From the NCBI GenBank assembly GCA_964489425.1, contig CAZAYP010000004.1:24956-88955 (forward strand): a DNA stretch of 64,000 nucleotides. Reading direction: 5' to 3'. Source of the stretch: an uncultured Verrucomicrobiota bacterium (lineage in GTDB: Bacteria; Verrucomicrobiota; Kiritimatiellia; RZYC01; CAZAYP01). The stretch's first letter is position 1, and the number at the start of each line of letters is the position of its first letter. Position numbers and translations under genes: made by a program. The notes beneath the pieces were generated by a model. The model saw only the letters and a program-made list of their open reading frames with translations, searched no databases and was not told the DNA's origin. This document shows positions 8,821 through 18,465 of this stretch, in pieces.

Positions 8821-10896
8821 TCATGGCCGCACTTCCACCCGCTCCACGAGGAGGGGGATGCTGGCCCGGCCCCCCATGACGTCCTGCAGGGCCACGGTAT
8901 TTTTCCCGGGGGCCAACGGCAAGGGCCCGAACGTGCCGCTGTGGCGCTGGAACGGCGGGTAATCAACCGGCGCGCCGCCGGCCACCTGCACGCGCTTGGC
9001 GCCATTGATGGCCAGGCCATGGACCACGAGCGTGGCCTGGGTCGCGCCCGGCGCCAGGTTATAGACATCCAGGGTGGCCGCCGCGGTCATGACCCGGAAG
9101 TCCGTGAAGTCGCCCTGGCGCCAGGGCTTGAAGTAGCCCCAGTCCGGACCGAACAGCACCAGGAACGGCTTGTGCTCGGCGCGCCACTTGGCAAGGATGT
9201 CTTCCAGGGTGTTGTAATAGATTGTCACGATCAGCCGGTTGGTGCTGGGGGCGTAAAAGTCGCTGCGGTTGCCGAGTCCCATGGCCCGCAACTTCAAGGC
9301 CGCGAAGTTCGTGATCCCGGCCTGGCGAGCAAAATAGGTCTGCGGCCAGTCCCATGGGCCGATCTCCGGATCGTCCACGTAGGAGAGGTTCAGGGGCAAG
9401 TACGCGGCGTCCGGGAACTTTTCAAAGAAGTCTTTGGCCGTGTCGCGCCAGCGGTTGGCGAGAAAGGTCGCGGGCGGCTCGTTGGGCACGGTGAACGTGT
9501 ACGTGACGTTGGTTGACGGGTATACGGCCAACTCGTTCCATGGCTCGAACCACCGGTCCACCAGCACCAGGCTGTTGCGCGGCATGTGTTGATCAAACCA
9601 GGCGGTGATGTCGCGGTACGGTGTGGTCTTGCCGGTCAGCCGGGTGGCCTGCCAGTCCGGGTACACCGCCAGCAGCAGCGCCACGGCCAGTAGACCGCCG
9701 GCGCCCCACGCCAGCGCGCGCGCGGCGCGCGCGCCGCCCAGGGCCGGCAGGCCGCCGATGCCCAGCGCCACGCCCGCCACCAGGACCGGCAGGTAGCCGA
9801 CCAGGTAGCGGGATTCGTAGCCAGCCCCGGTCTTGCCGCGCGAGAGCAGGAAAAACAGGAACCCGGCCACGATCAAGCCTGGCCCCAGCCAGTAGGTCCG
9901 GTCGCGCCGCGCCCTGGCCACCAGCACGACCACGGCCAGGATCACGGCCAGCAGGGAAACTCCGGCGCGGATGGGCGTGGCGCCGAACAGGAACGAGGTG
10001 CACACCTCGCGGATCATGCGGCCCAGCAGGGTCCAGTCGATGAACTGCTTCATGCTGGCCGAAATCAGGGTGTTTTCCGAACCCGGCGTGGTGCCCAGGA
10101 TCTGCTTGAGGCCCCAGGGATAGATCAGCAACGGCAGGCTGACCAGCACGTAACCCGCGGCCAGCACCACCAGATTGAGCAGGCCGGATTGTTTCCTGCG
10201 CCACAGCAGCAGCTCGCAGATCATGACTGTCACGGCGCAAAACAGGGCGATGGACCAGATGGTTACCTGGCCGTACAACACCAACCCCGTGCCGAGCACC
10301 TGGGTGGCCACGTAGCCGATAGTGAACCGCTCCCCGCGCCGGACCCGCTGCACGGCCCACAGCGCCCCCAGGTAAACCAGCGCCGCGCCGAGCACGCCCG
10401 GAGGGTAATAGTAGGCCTCGCGCGTGACCAGGATATGGAACGTGTTGAACGCCATGAGCGCCGCGGCCACCAGGCCCACCCGCCGGCCGCCCAAGCGCAC
10501 GCCGATGGCATACAGCACCGGCACCGTGGCGATGCCCCACAGCGCGGCCGGCAGGCGTATGGTGACATGATTGAGGGGCAGGTGCAGCACCGTGATGAAC
10601 AGCTTGGTGAAGGCCAGCGGCGTGGGCATCTGACCGCCACCCACGAGGTTCATCCACTGCGTGCAGATGGCGCCCGGCGACAGCGGCTGCTGGCACACGG
10701 TCAGGAACAGGATCGTGTCCGCTCGCAGCGCAGACAGCCCCAGGTGCGCCAGCCGGAAATAGGCCGCCGCCGCCAGCACCAGGCCCAGCAACGCCAAGGC
10801 CATCTTGCGCGCCGGCCAATCCGGCAACGCGACCACCACGGGCGGGGGCGGGGGTGCGACGGATGCCGTCGGCGGGGTCCGCTTTTTCCGGCTCAC
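8821..10896 (-). CDS. PMT_2/ArnT-like polytopic membrane glycosyltransferase with a large C-terminal extracytoplasmic domain
   Basis: 691 aa. About 11 TM segments in the first 420 aa. LMAFNTFHILVTREAYYYP resembles the conserved PMT_2 region. Soluble C-terminal domain of about 270 aa. Its start overlaps the rmlC stop by 4 nt. Confidence 0.5.
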   Translation of the reverse strand: MSRKKRTPPTASVAPPPPPVVVALPDWPARKMALALLGLVLAAAAYFRLAHLGLSALRADTILFLTVCQQPLSPGAICTQWMNLVGGGQMPTPLAFTKLFITVLHLPLNHVTIRLPAALWGIATVPVLYAIGVRLGGRRVGLVAAALMAFNTFHILVTREAYYYPPGVLGAALVYLGALWAVQRVRRGERFTIGYVATQVLGTGLVLYGQVTIWSIALFCAVTVMICELLLWRRKQSGLLNLVVLAAGYVLVSLPLLIYPWGLKQILGTTPGSENTLISASMKQFIDWTLLGRMIREVCTSFLFGATPIRAGVSLLAVILAVVVLVARARRDRTYWLGPGLIVAGFLFFLLSRGKTGAGYESRYLVGYLPVLVAGVALGIGGLPALGGARAARALAWGAGGLLAVALLLAVYPDWQATRLTGKTTPYRDITAWFDQHMPRNSLVLVDRWFEPWNELAVYPSTNVTYTFTVPNEPPATFLANRWRDTAKDFFEKFPDAAYLPLNLSYVDDPEIGPWDWPQTYFARQAGITNFAALKLRAMGLGNRSDFYAPSTNRLIVTIYYNTLEDILAKWRAEHKPFLVLFGPDWGYFKPWRQGDFTDFRVMTAAATLDVYNLAPGATQATLVVHGLAINGAKRVQVAGGAPVDYPPFQRHSGTFGPLPLAPGKNTVALQDVMGGRASIPLLVERVEVRP

Positions 10897-11417
10897 GACG
10901 GGGCCCCCGGGGAAGACGCGTTGCGATCGCGCGGCGACAAGATGGGATCCTTGAGCGGCCAGGGAATGTTCAGCCCGGGATCGTCCCAGGCAATGGTTGT
11001 CTGCCGGCGCAGATCATAGTCCTCGGACTGCTTGTAATGCAGCATGGCCTTGTCGCTCAGAACCTGGAACCCCACGCCAAATCCGGGTGGGATCAGGAGC
11101 AGGCGGTGGTTATCGCCGGAAAGGATGAGGCCTTCCCACTGCCGGTACTGAGCCGCACCGGGGATGTTGTTGACCGCCACGACATACATGCGGCCGTGCA
11201 GGCAGGTGATCAGCTTCCATGCGCGGCTGTCGCAATGGATGCCCCGCACCACGCGGTGGCACGAGATGGACAGGTCGTCCTGGACGAACCGCACCTCGAC
11301 CCCGGATTTATGGAACAGGGTCTCGTTGTAGGTTTCCAGGAACTCGCCGCGGAAATCCTCGAACACCATGGGGCGGATGGACCAGACCCCGTCCAGCTTT
11401 GTTTTCTCAAAATGCAT
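10893..11417 (-). CDS. rfbC: dTDP-4-dehydrorhamnose 3,5-epimerase
   Basis: 174 aa, full-length cupin. RmlC motifs (FEDFRGEFLETY, VQDDLSIS...GIHCD, KLITCLHGRMYVVAVN). Confidence 0.85.
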   Translation of the reverse strand: MHFEKTKLDGVWSIRPMVFEDFRGEFLETYNETLFHKSGVEVRFVQDDLSISCHRVVRGIHCDSRAWKLITCLHGRMYVVAVNNIPGAAQYRQWEGLILSGDNHRLLLIPPGFGVGFQVLSDKAMLHYKQSEDYDLRRQTTIAWDDPGLNIPWPLKDPILSPRDRNASSPGAPS

Positions 11418-11525
11418 GCCTGTTCTCCCGTGCCGGCCGGGGGCGGCCGGACTCCATTAGTGCCTCATTATATACGCCGCCCTCCTTGAAGCAAACTCCG
11501 CCCGGATATTTTTGCGCGTAAGAAG

Positions 11526-12287
11526 GTGGACAAGTTCCCGGCCAGCCTCTATTTTTCCGGCATGACTGCTGTGCGGCAATCGCCGGCGCCGGTTGACTAC
11601 GAGGAACTCTGGAGCGGTGGCTGGAACGACGCCACCCGCTACGGACCCGCCTGCCGCCACCGGCGGCGGATTGTCGGCCACCTGGTCCGCGGACTGGGCG
11701 GCCGCCGCGTCTGCGACCTGGGCTGCGGCGACGGCATGCTCCTGGCCGAGCTGGCCGCCCACACGCCGGCCGAGTACTGGGGCTACGACATCTCGCCGGC
11801 CGCCATCCAGGCTGCCCAACGCCGCCTGCCGGCGGCCCATTTCGCGGCCATGGACCTGGCCGACTTCAAGCCGGAACAACGCTTTGACGTGGTGATCCTG
11901 TCCGAGGTGCTGGAGCACCTCGAGGATGACGCCGCCCTGCTCGCTCGCGTGGCGCCCCATGCGCGCCACGTCGTGGTTTCCGTGCCCGGCGGGCCGGCCG
12001 ACCAGGTGGACCGGCGCTTCGGTCACCTGCGCAACTACCATGGCCGCACGCTGCCTGATCTGCTGGAACGGAGCGGCTTCGAGTGTGTGTTTTTTCGGCG
12101 CTGGGGATGGCCGTTCCACGAAGCCTTGCAGGCCCTGATGCGCGGCGGGGACCAACCCGTGACCTCTGGCGCCTTCAGCCCAGCCAAACGCGCCGTGTCC
12201 CAGCTGCTGTACGGGCTGTTTTTCCTCAACGTGTTGCCGAGCGGTTCCCAGGTTTTTGCCGTGGGGAAAAGCCGCGTGGCCGGCTGA
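11526..12287 (+). CDS. Class I SAM-dependent methyltransferase
   Basis: Motif I VCDLGCGDGML, motif II-like DVVILSEVLEHL. The true start may be the internal Met at 11562. Confidence 0.7.
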   Translation: MDKFPASLYFSGMTAVRQSPAPVDYEELWSGGWNDATRYGPACRHRRRIVGHLVRGLGGRRVCDLGCGDGMLLAELAAHTPAEYWGYDISPAAIQAAQRRLPAAHFAAMDLADFKPEQRFDVVILSEVLEHLEDDAALLARVAPHARHVVVSVPGGPADQVDRRFGHLRNYHGRTLPDLLERSGFECVFFRRWGWPFHEALQALMRGGDQPVTSGAFSPAKRAVSQLLYGLFFLNVLPSGSQVFAVGKSRVAG

Positions 12288-12293
12288 ATCGTC

Positions 12294-13442
12294 ATGCGTA
12301 TTCTCCTGGTTTCCAACTACCAACCGCCGCACATGGGCGGGATCGAATACGCGGTCCAATCCTTGAAGAACTGCTGGCAGCGCGACGGGCACGAAGTCAC
12401 ATGGCTGACCACGGACCTGCCGCGCGGCGGCCGGAGTTCGACGCCCGACAACATCCGCGTGCCGGCCTGGAACATCCTGGAATCGCGCTGGCAGATCAAC
12501 TCGCCCCTGCCCTGCCCGGCGGCCTGGCCGGTGCTCCGCCACGAAATCGCGCGCGCGGACGTGATCAACCCGCACAGCCTCGCGCCGGGCCTGGCGGCGC
12601 TGGCGCTGCACCTGGCCTTGCGCCGGCACCGGCCGGTGGTCGCCACCCAGCACGTCGGCATCATCAACTTCAAGAATCCGCTGCTGGACATGGCCCAGAA
12701 ACAATTCATCTGCCGCATGGCGCGCTGGGGCATTCACCACGGAATGATCCTCACCTTTGTCGGACTGGCAGTGAAGGATTGGTTCCTGGAACACGCCCGC
12801 CTGCCGCCGGATCGCGTGGCCTGGACCCCGGTGGGCGTGGACCAGCAGGACTTCCACTTTGTGGACGACGGCGAACGCCGCCACTACCGCGAAAAGTGGG
12901 GGTGTGGCGGGCCGGGTCTGAACGTCTTGTTCGTGGGCCGGTTTTACGAGAAAAAAGGGCTGCCCCTGCTCCGCGACGTGGCGACGCAATGCCCGGGGAT
13001 CCGGTTCACGCTGTTGGGCGGCGGGCCGCTGGATCCGGCGGGCTGGGGATTGCCCAACATTCGAATCATTGCGCACGTGTCGACGGCGGAGCTGCGCGAG
13101 TTGTACGGCGCCCACGACCTGTTCATCATGCCCTCGTACGGCGAAGGCTGGCCCGCGGTGGTGTGCCAGGCCATGGCCTGCGGCCTGCCGTGCCTGGTGT
13201 CCGAGGAGGCGTTCAGCGGGCACCGCCGCGACGCCGGCCGGTTCCTCGTGTGCCGGCGGGAAGCCGCGGTGATCACACCTCTGCTGCAGGCCGCCGCGGC
13301 CGGCCAGGTCCCACTGCTGGCGCAACGCCAGGCCACGGCCGCCTACGCCGCGGTGGAGTGGGACTGGATGCGCACGGCGCGCACCTACGCCAAGCTGTTT
13401 GAGCAGGCCATGCGCGAGCGGCAGGGAATCTCAGCGCGGTAG
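12294..13442 (+). CDS. Glycosyltransferase family 4 (GT4, GT-B fold)
   Basis: N-terminal MRILLVSNY...GG(I/V)E; C-terminal EGWPAVVCQAMACGLPCL is the E-X7-E region of retaining GT4 enzymes. Confidence 0.8.
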   Translation: MRILLVSNYQPPHMGGIEYAVQSLKNCWQRDGHEVTWLTTDLPRGGRSSTPDNIRVPAWNILESRWQINSPLPCPAAWPVLRHEIARADVINPHSLAPGLAALALHLALRRHRPVVATQHVGIINFKNPLLDMAQKQFICRMARWGIHHGMILTFVGLAVKDWFLEHARLPPDRVAWTPVGVDQQDFHFVDDGERRHYREKWGCGGPGLNVLFVGRFYEKKGLPLLRDVATQCPGIRFTLLGGGPLDPAGWGLPNIRIIAHVSTAELRELYGAHDLFIMPSYGEGWPAVVCQAMACGLPCLVSEEAFSGHRRDAGRFLVCRREAAVITPLLQAAAAGQVPLLAQRQATAAYAAVEWDWMRTARTYAKLFEQAMRERQGISAR

Positions 13443-14063
13443 CGCCCGCAGGGTGCGGCCCAGCTTGCGGCCCAAAGCCTGCGCGCCGGTGAAGTACGAG
13501 TCTGGATTGGTTTTGCCATAGCCGACCCCGCCGGCGAACAGCGATCCCTCCAGCTTGGCGTTCAGAAAGCACGGCAGGTTGCCACGCATGAACCGGGTGG
13601 CATCGTCACAAAAAAAGCGCAACCAAACCGGCACCAGGCCGGCGCTGAGCAGCAGGATCGCCGCTTTTTTCCGGGGGTTACGCGGGCGCGGGCACCCCTT
13701 GAGCGGCCACCGGGCAGTGGGGGAACTCAAGACCCAGGTGATCCGCTCGATAAACACCTTCAGGATCCCGGTCATCGAACCATCAAACACGGGGCAGCCG
13801 AAAATATAGCCATCGGCCGCGTCCAGCTGCGGGTAAATCGCCTGCATGTCATCATCCACCGGGCAGCGGGCGATCCGCTTGGCCGGGTCGTCCCGAAAGC
13901 AGGTGAGGCAGGAAGTGCAGTAGCGGATGTTACGTTCCACCAGGTTGATCGTGTCCACCTGCACGTCCGGGATTTCCGCCCGCAAGCCGGCGGCTGCCTG
14001 CTCGATCAGCCGGTTGGTGGTCATGCCGATGCGGTAGCTGCCGCTGATGGCCACGACCTTCAT
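13431..14063 (-). CDS. NADPH-dependent FMN reductase-family flavoprotein (iron-sulfur-flavoprotein-like)
   Basis: MKVVAISGSYR flavodoxin-like start. Compact Cys cluster CTSCLTC...C reminiscent of the Isf family. Confidence 0.5.
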   Translation of the reverse strand: MKVVAISGSYRIGMTTNRLIEQAAAGLRAEIPDVQVDTINLVERNIRYCTSCLTCFRDDPAKRIARCPVDDDMQAIYPQLDAADGYIFGCPVFDGSMTGILKVFIERITWVLSSPTARWPLKGCPRPRNPRKKAAILLLSAGLVPVWLRFFCDDATRFMRGNLPCFLNAKLEGSLFAGGVGYGKTNPDSYFTGAQALGRKLGRTLRALPR

Positions 14064-15376
14064 TGCGCCCTCCGCTGCCATTTTTTCATTTTTTTCATCA
14101 TCTTGCGCGCCTGATCAAAGGTGCGCAGAAGCTGGTTGACGTCGCTGACATCCGTACCGCTGCCTGCCGCGATCCGCCGTTTGCGGCTGGCATTGATCAG
14201 GTCCGGCCGGCGGCGCTCTTTGGCCGTCATGCTGAGGATGATCGCCTCGACCTTTTTCATTTCGTCGCCCGAGCCCGCGGCCATCTGCTCGCGCGCGGCG
14301 GCCGGGATCTGGCCGGCGCCGGGGATCATGTCCATCAACCGCTCCAGGGGCCCCAGCTTCTTGAGCTGCCGCATCTGGGCCAGGAAATCCTCGAGGCTGA
14401 AGTTGTCCTTCAGCAGGCGCTCCTGCATGTCCACCATGTCATCCGTGGCCATGGCCGCCTGGGCTTTTTCCACGAAGCTGACCACATCGCCCATGCCGAG
14501 GATGCGCGCCGCCATGCGGTCGGGATAAAACGGCTCCAGGTCGGCCAGGCGTTCACCGCTGCCGACCATGAGGATCGGGCACCCGGTGACGGCCTGCACC
14601 GACAACGCCGCGCCGCCGCGGGCGTCGCCGTCCAGCTTGGTCAGGACCAGCCCGGTCAGCCCGACCTCCTTGTGGAAAGTTTCCGCCACGCGCACGGCTT
14701 CCTGGCCGATGGCCGCATCCAGCACCAGCAGGACATTGCGCGGCTTGACCGCCGCGCGCAAATCCTTGAGTTCCTGGACCAGTTCGGCGTCCACCTGGAA
14801 CCGCCCGCCGGTATCGTAGATGATGGTGTCCAGGTTGCGTGCGGCCGCCTCTTCGAGCGCGCGCCGGCCAAGGGCAGGCACGGTTTCGCCGGCCGCTGGC
14901 GCGAGCAGTTCGACGCCCACCTGGCCGGCAAGGATCCGCAACTGGTCCACGGCCGCGGGCCGGCGGATATCGCACGCGGCCAGCAGCACCCTCCGCCCGC
15001 CCTGCTTGAGGCGTTGGGCCAGCTTGGCGCTGGTGGTGGTTTTGCCGGCGCCATGCAAGCCGAGCATCAGGACCTGGGCCGGCGGATGAGACAAGTCCAG
15101 GTCGCGGTGCGTGCCGCCGAGCAGGTTGACCAACTCGTCGTGCACCCGCTTGATGACTTGCTGGCCCGGGGTGACGCTGTGCAGCACTTCCTCGCCCAGG
15201 CACTGCTCGCGCACGCGCTGGATAAAATCCTTGGCCACCTGGAAATTGACGTCCGCCTCCAGCAGCGCCAGCCGCACTTCGCGCAGGGCGTCCTGGATGT
15301 TCTTGTCCGTCAGCGCGCCATAGCCCCGCAGGTTGCGGAACACTTTTTGCAGGCCTTGGGTCAGGGTATCAAACAT
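14060..15376 (-). CDS. ffh: Signal recognition particle protein Ffh
   Basis: N domain, G domain (GLHGAGKTTT, DTGGR, TKLDGDARGG), Met-rich M domain. Start at MFDTLTQ (ATG at 15376); the longer ORF start looks spurious. Confidence 0.95.
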   Translation of the reverse strand: MFDTLTQGLQKVFRNLRGYGALTDKNIQDALREVRLALLEADVNFQVAKDFIQRVREQCLGEEVLHSVTPGQQVIKRVHDELVNLLGGTHRDLDLSHPPAQVLMLGLHGAGKTTTSAKLAQRLKQGGRRVLLAACDIRRPAAVDQLRILAGQVGVELLAPAAGETVPALGRRALEEAAARNLDTIIYDTGGRFQVDAELVQELKDLRAAVKPRNVLLVLDAAIGQEAVRVAETFHKEVGLTGLVLTKLDGDARGGAALSVQAVTGCPILMVGSGERLADLEPFYPDRMAARILGMGDVVSFVEKAQAAMATDDMVDMQERLLKDNFSLEDFLAQMRQLKKLGPLERLMDMIPGAGQIPAAAREQMAAGSGDEMKKVEAIILSMTAKERRRPDLINASRKRRIAAGSGTDVSDVNQLLRTFDQARKMMKKMKKWQRRAQ

Positions 15377-15471
15377 GGTCGCGGCTCCCGTTTCATCGCG
15401 CTCAAGATACGCGAGGCAGCCACGCCAGTTCAACCACTTTCCGGCCCGGGCGCACGGGCCCGGAAAATGGG

Positions 15472-18066
15472 TTGAGGCAGGCGCCGGTCTGGGGCATAGT
15501 CCGGCGCATGCGCAGACTGTGGCATAACCGGGTTTGGCTAGCGCTGGCCATCACGCTGGGGGTATGGGTTTGGTTCGCCTGGCCCCTGCCCCGCCATGCC
15601 GCGACCGCCATCCCTTTTGGCGCCACCAAGTTTTCCGCGGCTGGGCGTAATGAGCGCATGGTGCCGGGCGATCACCTGCAACTCCTGTACCACCTCTGGC
15701 TGGGACAGGACATGGTTTTCGGCCGCACGCCGCTGTTTTACAACCTGTACGAATTCAATACCGGCGACGATGAGGCGCGCCGGGCGCCCAGCTCGTACTA
15801 TGTTCCGTTTTCGCTCCTGTTCGCCCTGGGCTTCCACGCGGGCGGCATGGCGCTGGGCTGGAACCTGGCCGGGTTGCTGGCCTTGTGGGGCACGTATTAC
15901 TTCACCTGGCGGCTGGTGCGGCGCTACAACCGCGACGAGATCTGCGCGGCCCTGGCCGCGCTGCCGGCGATCACCCTGCCGGTGCTGTGGATCAACCTCG
16001 GCGGCGGCAGCCCGGCCGGGTTTGCCATGATGTGGCTGCCGGCGCTGCTCTGGGGCCTGGACCTGGCGCTGCGCGAGGACCGCGTCGGTGGCGGCCTCCT
16101 AGCCGGTGGGGCCATCCTGGGGGCCTCGTTCTGCGACATGCACGTCTTCTTTTTCGGCGCCCTGCTGCTGCCCGGTTGGGGCTTGGTGGCGATCCTGCAG
16201 CGGCCGGGATTCTGGCGCCGGCCATGGGCCGCGTGGCGGCGCACGGGCGCGGCCCTGGCGCCGCTGGCCGCGGGCTTGGCGCTGGCCGTCGGCATATCGC
16301 AGTTGATCGTGGCGCAGCGCACCCAGCAGACCGGCGGCGGCAACGCCGACCGGCTGGTGCCGGAAGTGGCCCTGTTCACCCCCACGCCAGCCGGGCTCTT
16401 TTCCTGGCAGACGCACGGCGTGCAAGACCACATTTACCTGGGCTATGCCATCCTGCTCCTGCTCGCGCTGGGCGCCGCCGCAGCCCTGGCGCTGCGCCGC
16501 CGGCTCGACTGGCGGCTCGCGGTCACCGGCGCGCTCCTGCTGGCCGGCATCACCGGCGTGATCCTACTGGCGTTCGGGCCGCTGGGACCAGCCGACGGCC
16601 TGCTGTTCAACGCCCTGCGCAAGCTCGCGCCACCCTTCCGCATGGTCCGCCAGCCGGCCAAGATATTCTGCCTCATGCCGGTCCTGCTGTCCGCAGCCGC
16701 TGCCGTATCCTTTGGGTTGATGGCTGGCTGGTGGACCCGACCGTGGGCCCGCCGCCTGGCCATGGCGGGCCTGGCCGCCCTGGTGGTGCTGGATTACCGG
16801 CTGCAAACCCGGGTGCTGCTCTGCGGCCTGGATCCCGGCCAAGGCGCGTACCAGGCCGTGTCCGCATCGGCCGGGGAATCCGGATCGCCGCTGGCGCTGG
16901 TCATCCCGTTGTGGCCCGGCGACACGCATTTCTCGGCCATTTACCAGTATTATGCCATGCTCTACCACATCCGCCTGGTCAACGGATACAAGCCCACCCT
17001 GCGCAAGGCGTATGTCGAGGAGATCTACGCGCCGCTGGAAAGCATCAACTGGGGCGTGCTGACCGAAGCCCAGGCAGACAACCTGCAGCGCCGGGGCGTA
17101 GGCTACCTGATCCTGCACGAGGACCTGTTCCCGGAGAAAGTCAGCCCCCTGCCCGCAGGCCATACGCTGCAGCAGTTCCTGCGAAACCCGCGCCTGCGCC
17201 TGATCGCGCAGGATGGCCCAGTGTGGGCTTTTGCGCTGGTCCCGGCCGACGCACCCGCCGCCGATCCCACGTCCGTTCTGCCGGAATGGCCGTACGCGTT
17301 CACCCACCGCCACCTGCAACTCGAATACCCGGCCCATTCCAACGGTGTGGTCATGGCGGACACAGACGCCGGCGCCGGGCAGTTCCGCCGCCTGCAGGCC
17401 GGCGACGTCGTAACCCTCGGCCCCGGGTTGGGATTGATGACCAACCAGCTCCGCTGGCTGGTCCGCCTGCGCGGGCATGCCACGCTGGCCACGGTTTCCA
17501 CAACGGACAACTCCGGCACAACCCCCGACACGGCCGACATCCAAGCCGACGCATGGACATGGCAGGCGTGGCCCGCCCCAGCCGCCCAGGCACCGGTCCA
17601 GGCCACGCTGGTGATTTCCAACATCACCGGCACGGTGGATCTCGACATGGCCATCCTGGCCCACGGGCCATGGCCCGCCACATGGCAGCGCGGCGAACGC
17701 ATGACGCTGCCCGCGGCCGGCTTTTTCCACGCCGGGCACACGGACCCCAGCGATGGCGCCGTGGTGTTGACCGCAGATCGCGACCGGCGTGGGGCCGTGT
17801 TTTATGGCCCCAAGATGCCGCTGCCCGCCGGCCGCTACCGCGCGGACCTGGCCTTCAGCACGCCGGCAGCCCCGAACACCGTGTTGGGATTCTGGGCGGC
17901 ATTCAGCCCGCCAGGGAATGAGTCAGGCCGCGCAGACATTGTGGCTGGCCAGCCAGCGACTTTGGAATGGTTGCAGAGCGGCAACCTGCCGTTCTCGCTG
18001 GTGGTTGACTTTGCCGGCGCGGCCGACCTGCGCCTGCTGGCGGTCACGGTCGAGCGGGTGGACTGA
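15472..18066 (+). CDS. Large polytopic membrane protein of unknown function. About 480 aa with 10-12 TM segments, plus a C-terminal soluble domain of about 380 aa.
   Basis: 864-aa ORF; hydrophobicity pattern only. No catalytic motif recognised. The architecture resembles lipid-linked glycosyltransferase/polymerase-type proteins. Confidence 0.4.
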   Translation: MRQAPVWGIVRRMRRLWHNRVWLALAITLGVWVWFAWPLPRHAATAIPFGATKFSAAGRNERMVPGDHLQLLYHLWLGQDMVFGRTPLFYNLYEFNTGDDEARRAPSSYYVPFSLLFALGFHAGGMALGWNLAGLLALWGTYYFTWRLVRRYNRDEICAALAALPAITLPVLWINLGGGSPAGFAMMWLPALLWGLDLALREDRVGGGLLAGGAILGASFCDMHVFFFGALLLPGWGLVAILQRPGFWRRPWAAWRRTGAALAPLAAGLALAVGISQLIVAQRTQQTGGGNADRLVPEVALFTPTPAGLFSWQTHGVQDHIYLGYAILLLLALGAAAALALRRRLDWRLAVTGALLLAGITGVILLAFGPLGPADGLLFNALRKLAPPFRMVRQPAKIFCLMPVLLSAAAAVSFGLMAGWWTRPWARRLAMAGLAALVVLDYRLQTRVLLCGLDPGQGAYQAVSASAGESGSPLALVIPLWPGDTHFSAIYQYYAMLYHIRLVNGYKPTLRKAYVEEIYAPLESINWGVLTEAQADNLQRRGVGYLILHEDLFPEKVSPLPAGHTLQQFLRNPRLRLIAQDGPVWAFALVPADAPAADPTSVLPEWPYAFTHRHLQLEYPAHSNGVVMADTDAGAGQFRRLQAGDVVTLGPGLGLMTNQLRWLVRLRGHATLATVSTTDNSGTTPDTADIQADAWTWQAWPAPAAQAPVQATLVISNITGTVDLDMAILAHGPWPATWQRGERMTLPAAGFFHAGHTDPSDGAVVLTADRDRRGAVFYGPKMPLPAGRYRADLAFSTPAAPNTVLGFWAAFSPPGNESGRADIVAGQPATLEWLQSGNLPFSLVVDFAGAADLRLLAVTVERVD

Positions 18067-18145
18067 GAGTCACCGCGCTGACGCTCAGCGTTTCCCCAAA
18101 CCGCACTCACCGCGCCGGGAAACCGATTGCAGCCGTGACCAGATT

Positions 18146-18160
18146 ATCATATTATATGAT
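18146..18160 (+). promoter_or_regulatory. 15-bp palindrome ATCATATTATATGAT upstream of the TA operon (probable antitoxin operator) with ATTAT direct repeats
   Basis: Palindrome ends 24 bp upstream of the antitoxin TTG start, in a local AT-rich stretch. GGGAGGG RBS at 18172-18178. Confidence 0.4.
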
Positions 18161-18183
18161 TATTAGAACCAGGGAGGGCGCCA

Positions 18184-18465
18184 TTGAATGCCAAGATTCT
18201 GACGGTTACTGAGGCGGTAAGGCACTTCTCCGACTATGTCAGTCGGGTCGCCTATCGTCATGAGACGTTCGTGTTATGCAAGGGGAAGAAACCCGTGGCG
18301 GAGCTTCGCCCATTGCCCAGCGGGATGCGGCTAGGTGAGTTGCCCGCCATGCTGCGCTCGCTGCCCCACCTGTCTCCATCGGATGCCGCCACCTTTGGCA
18401 AGGACCTCGAGGCGGCGCGGGCTACCCTCGGAGCCAGCGATCTGAGGGATCCATGGGCATCCTGA
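18184..18465 (+). CDS. Type II antitoxin, Phd/YefM family
   Basis: 93 aa starting at TTG. The N-terminal pattern KILTVTEAVRHFSDYVSRVAYRHETFVLCKGKKPVAELRPL is typical of Phd/YefM. Overlaps the downstream PIN gene. Confidence 0.7.
   Translation: MNAKILTVTEAVRHFSDYVSRVAYRHETFVLCKGKKPVAELRPLPSGMRLGELPAMLRSLPHLSPSDAATFGKDLEAARATLGASDLRDPWAS

Noticed and set aside
9593-10819. 408-aa minus-strand ORF inside the GT39-like gene, in another frame
   Set aside because: Arg/Gly/Pro-rich nonsense composition. It overlaps a frame with clear TM-helix periodicity and PMT_2-like motifs.
11457-13325. 622-aa minus-strand ORF antisense to the methyltransferase and GT4 genes
   Set aside because: It has no motifs and an R/G/A-rich composition. 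The sense-strand genes have clear SAM-MTase and GT4 signatures.
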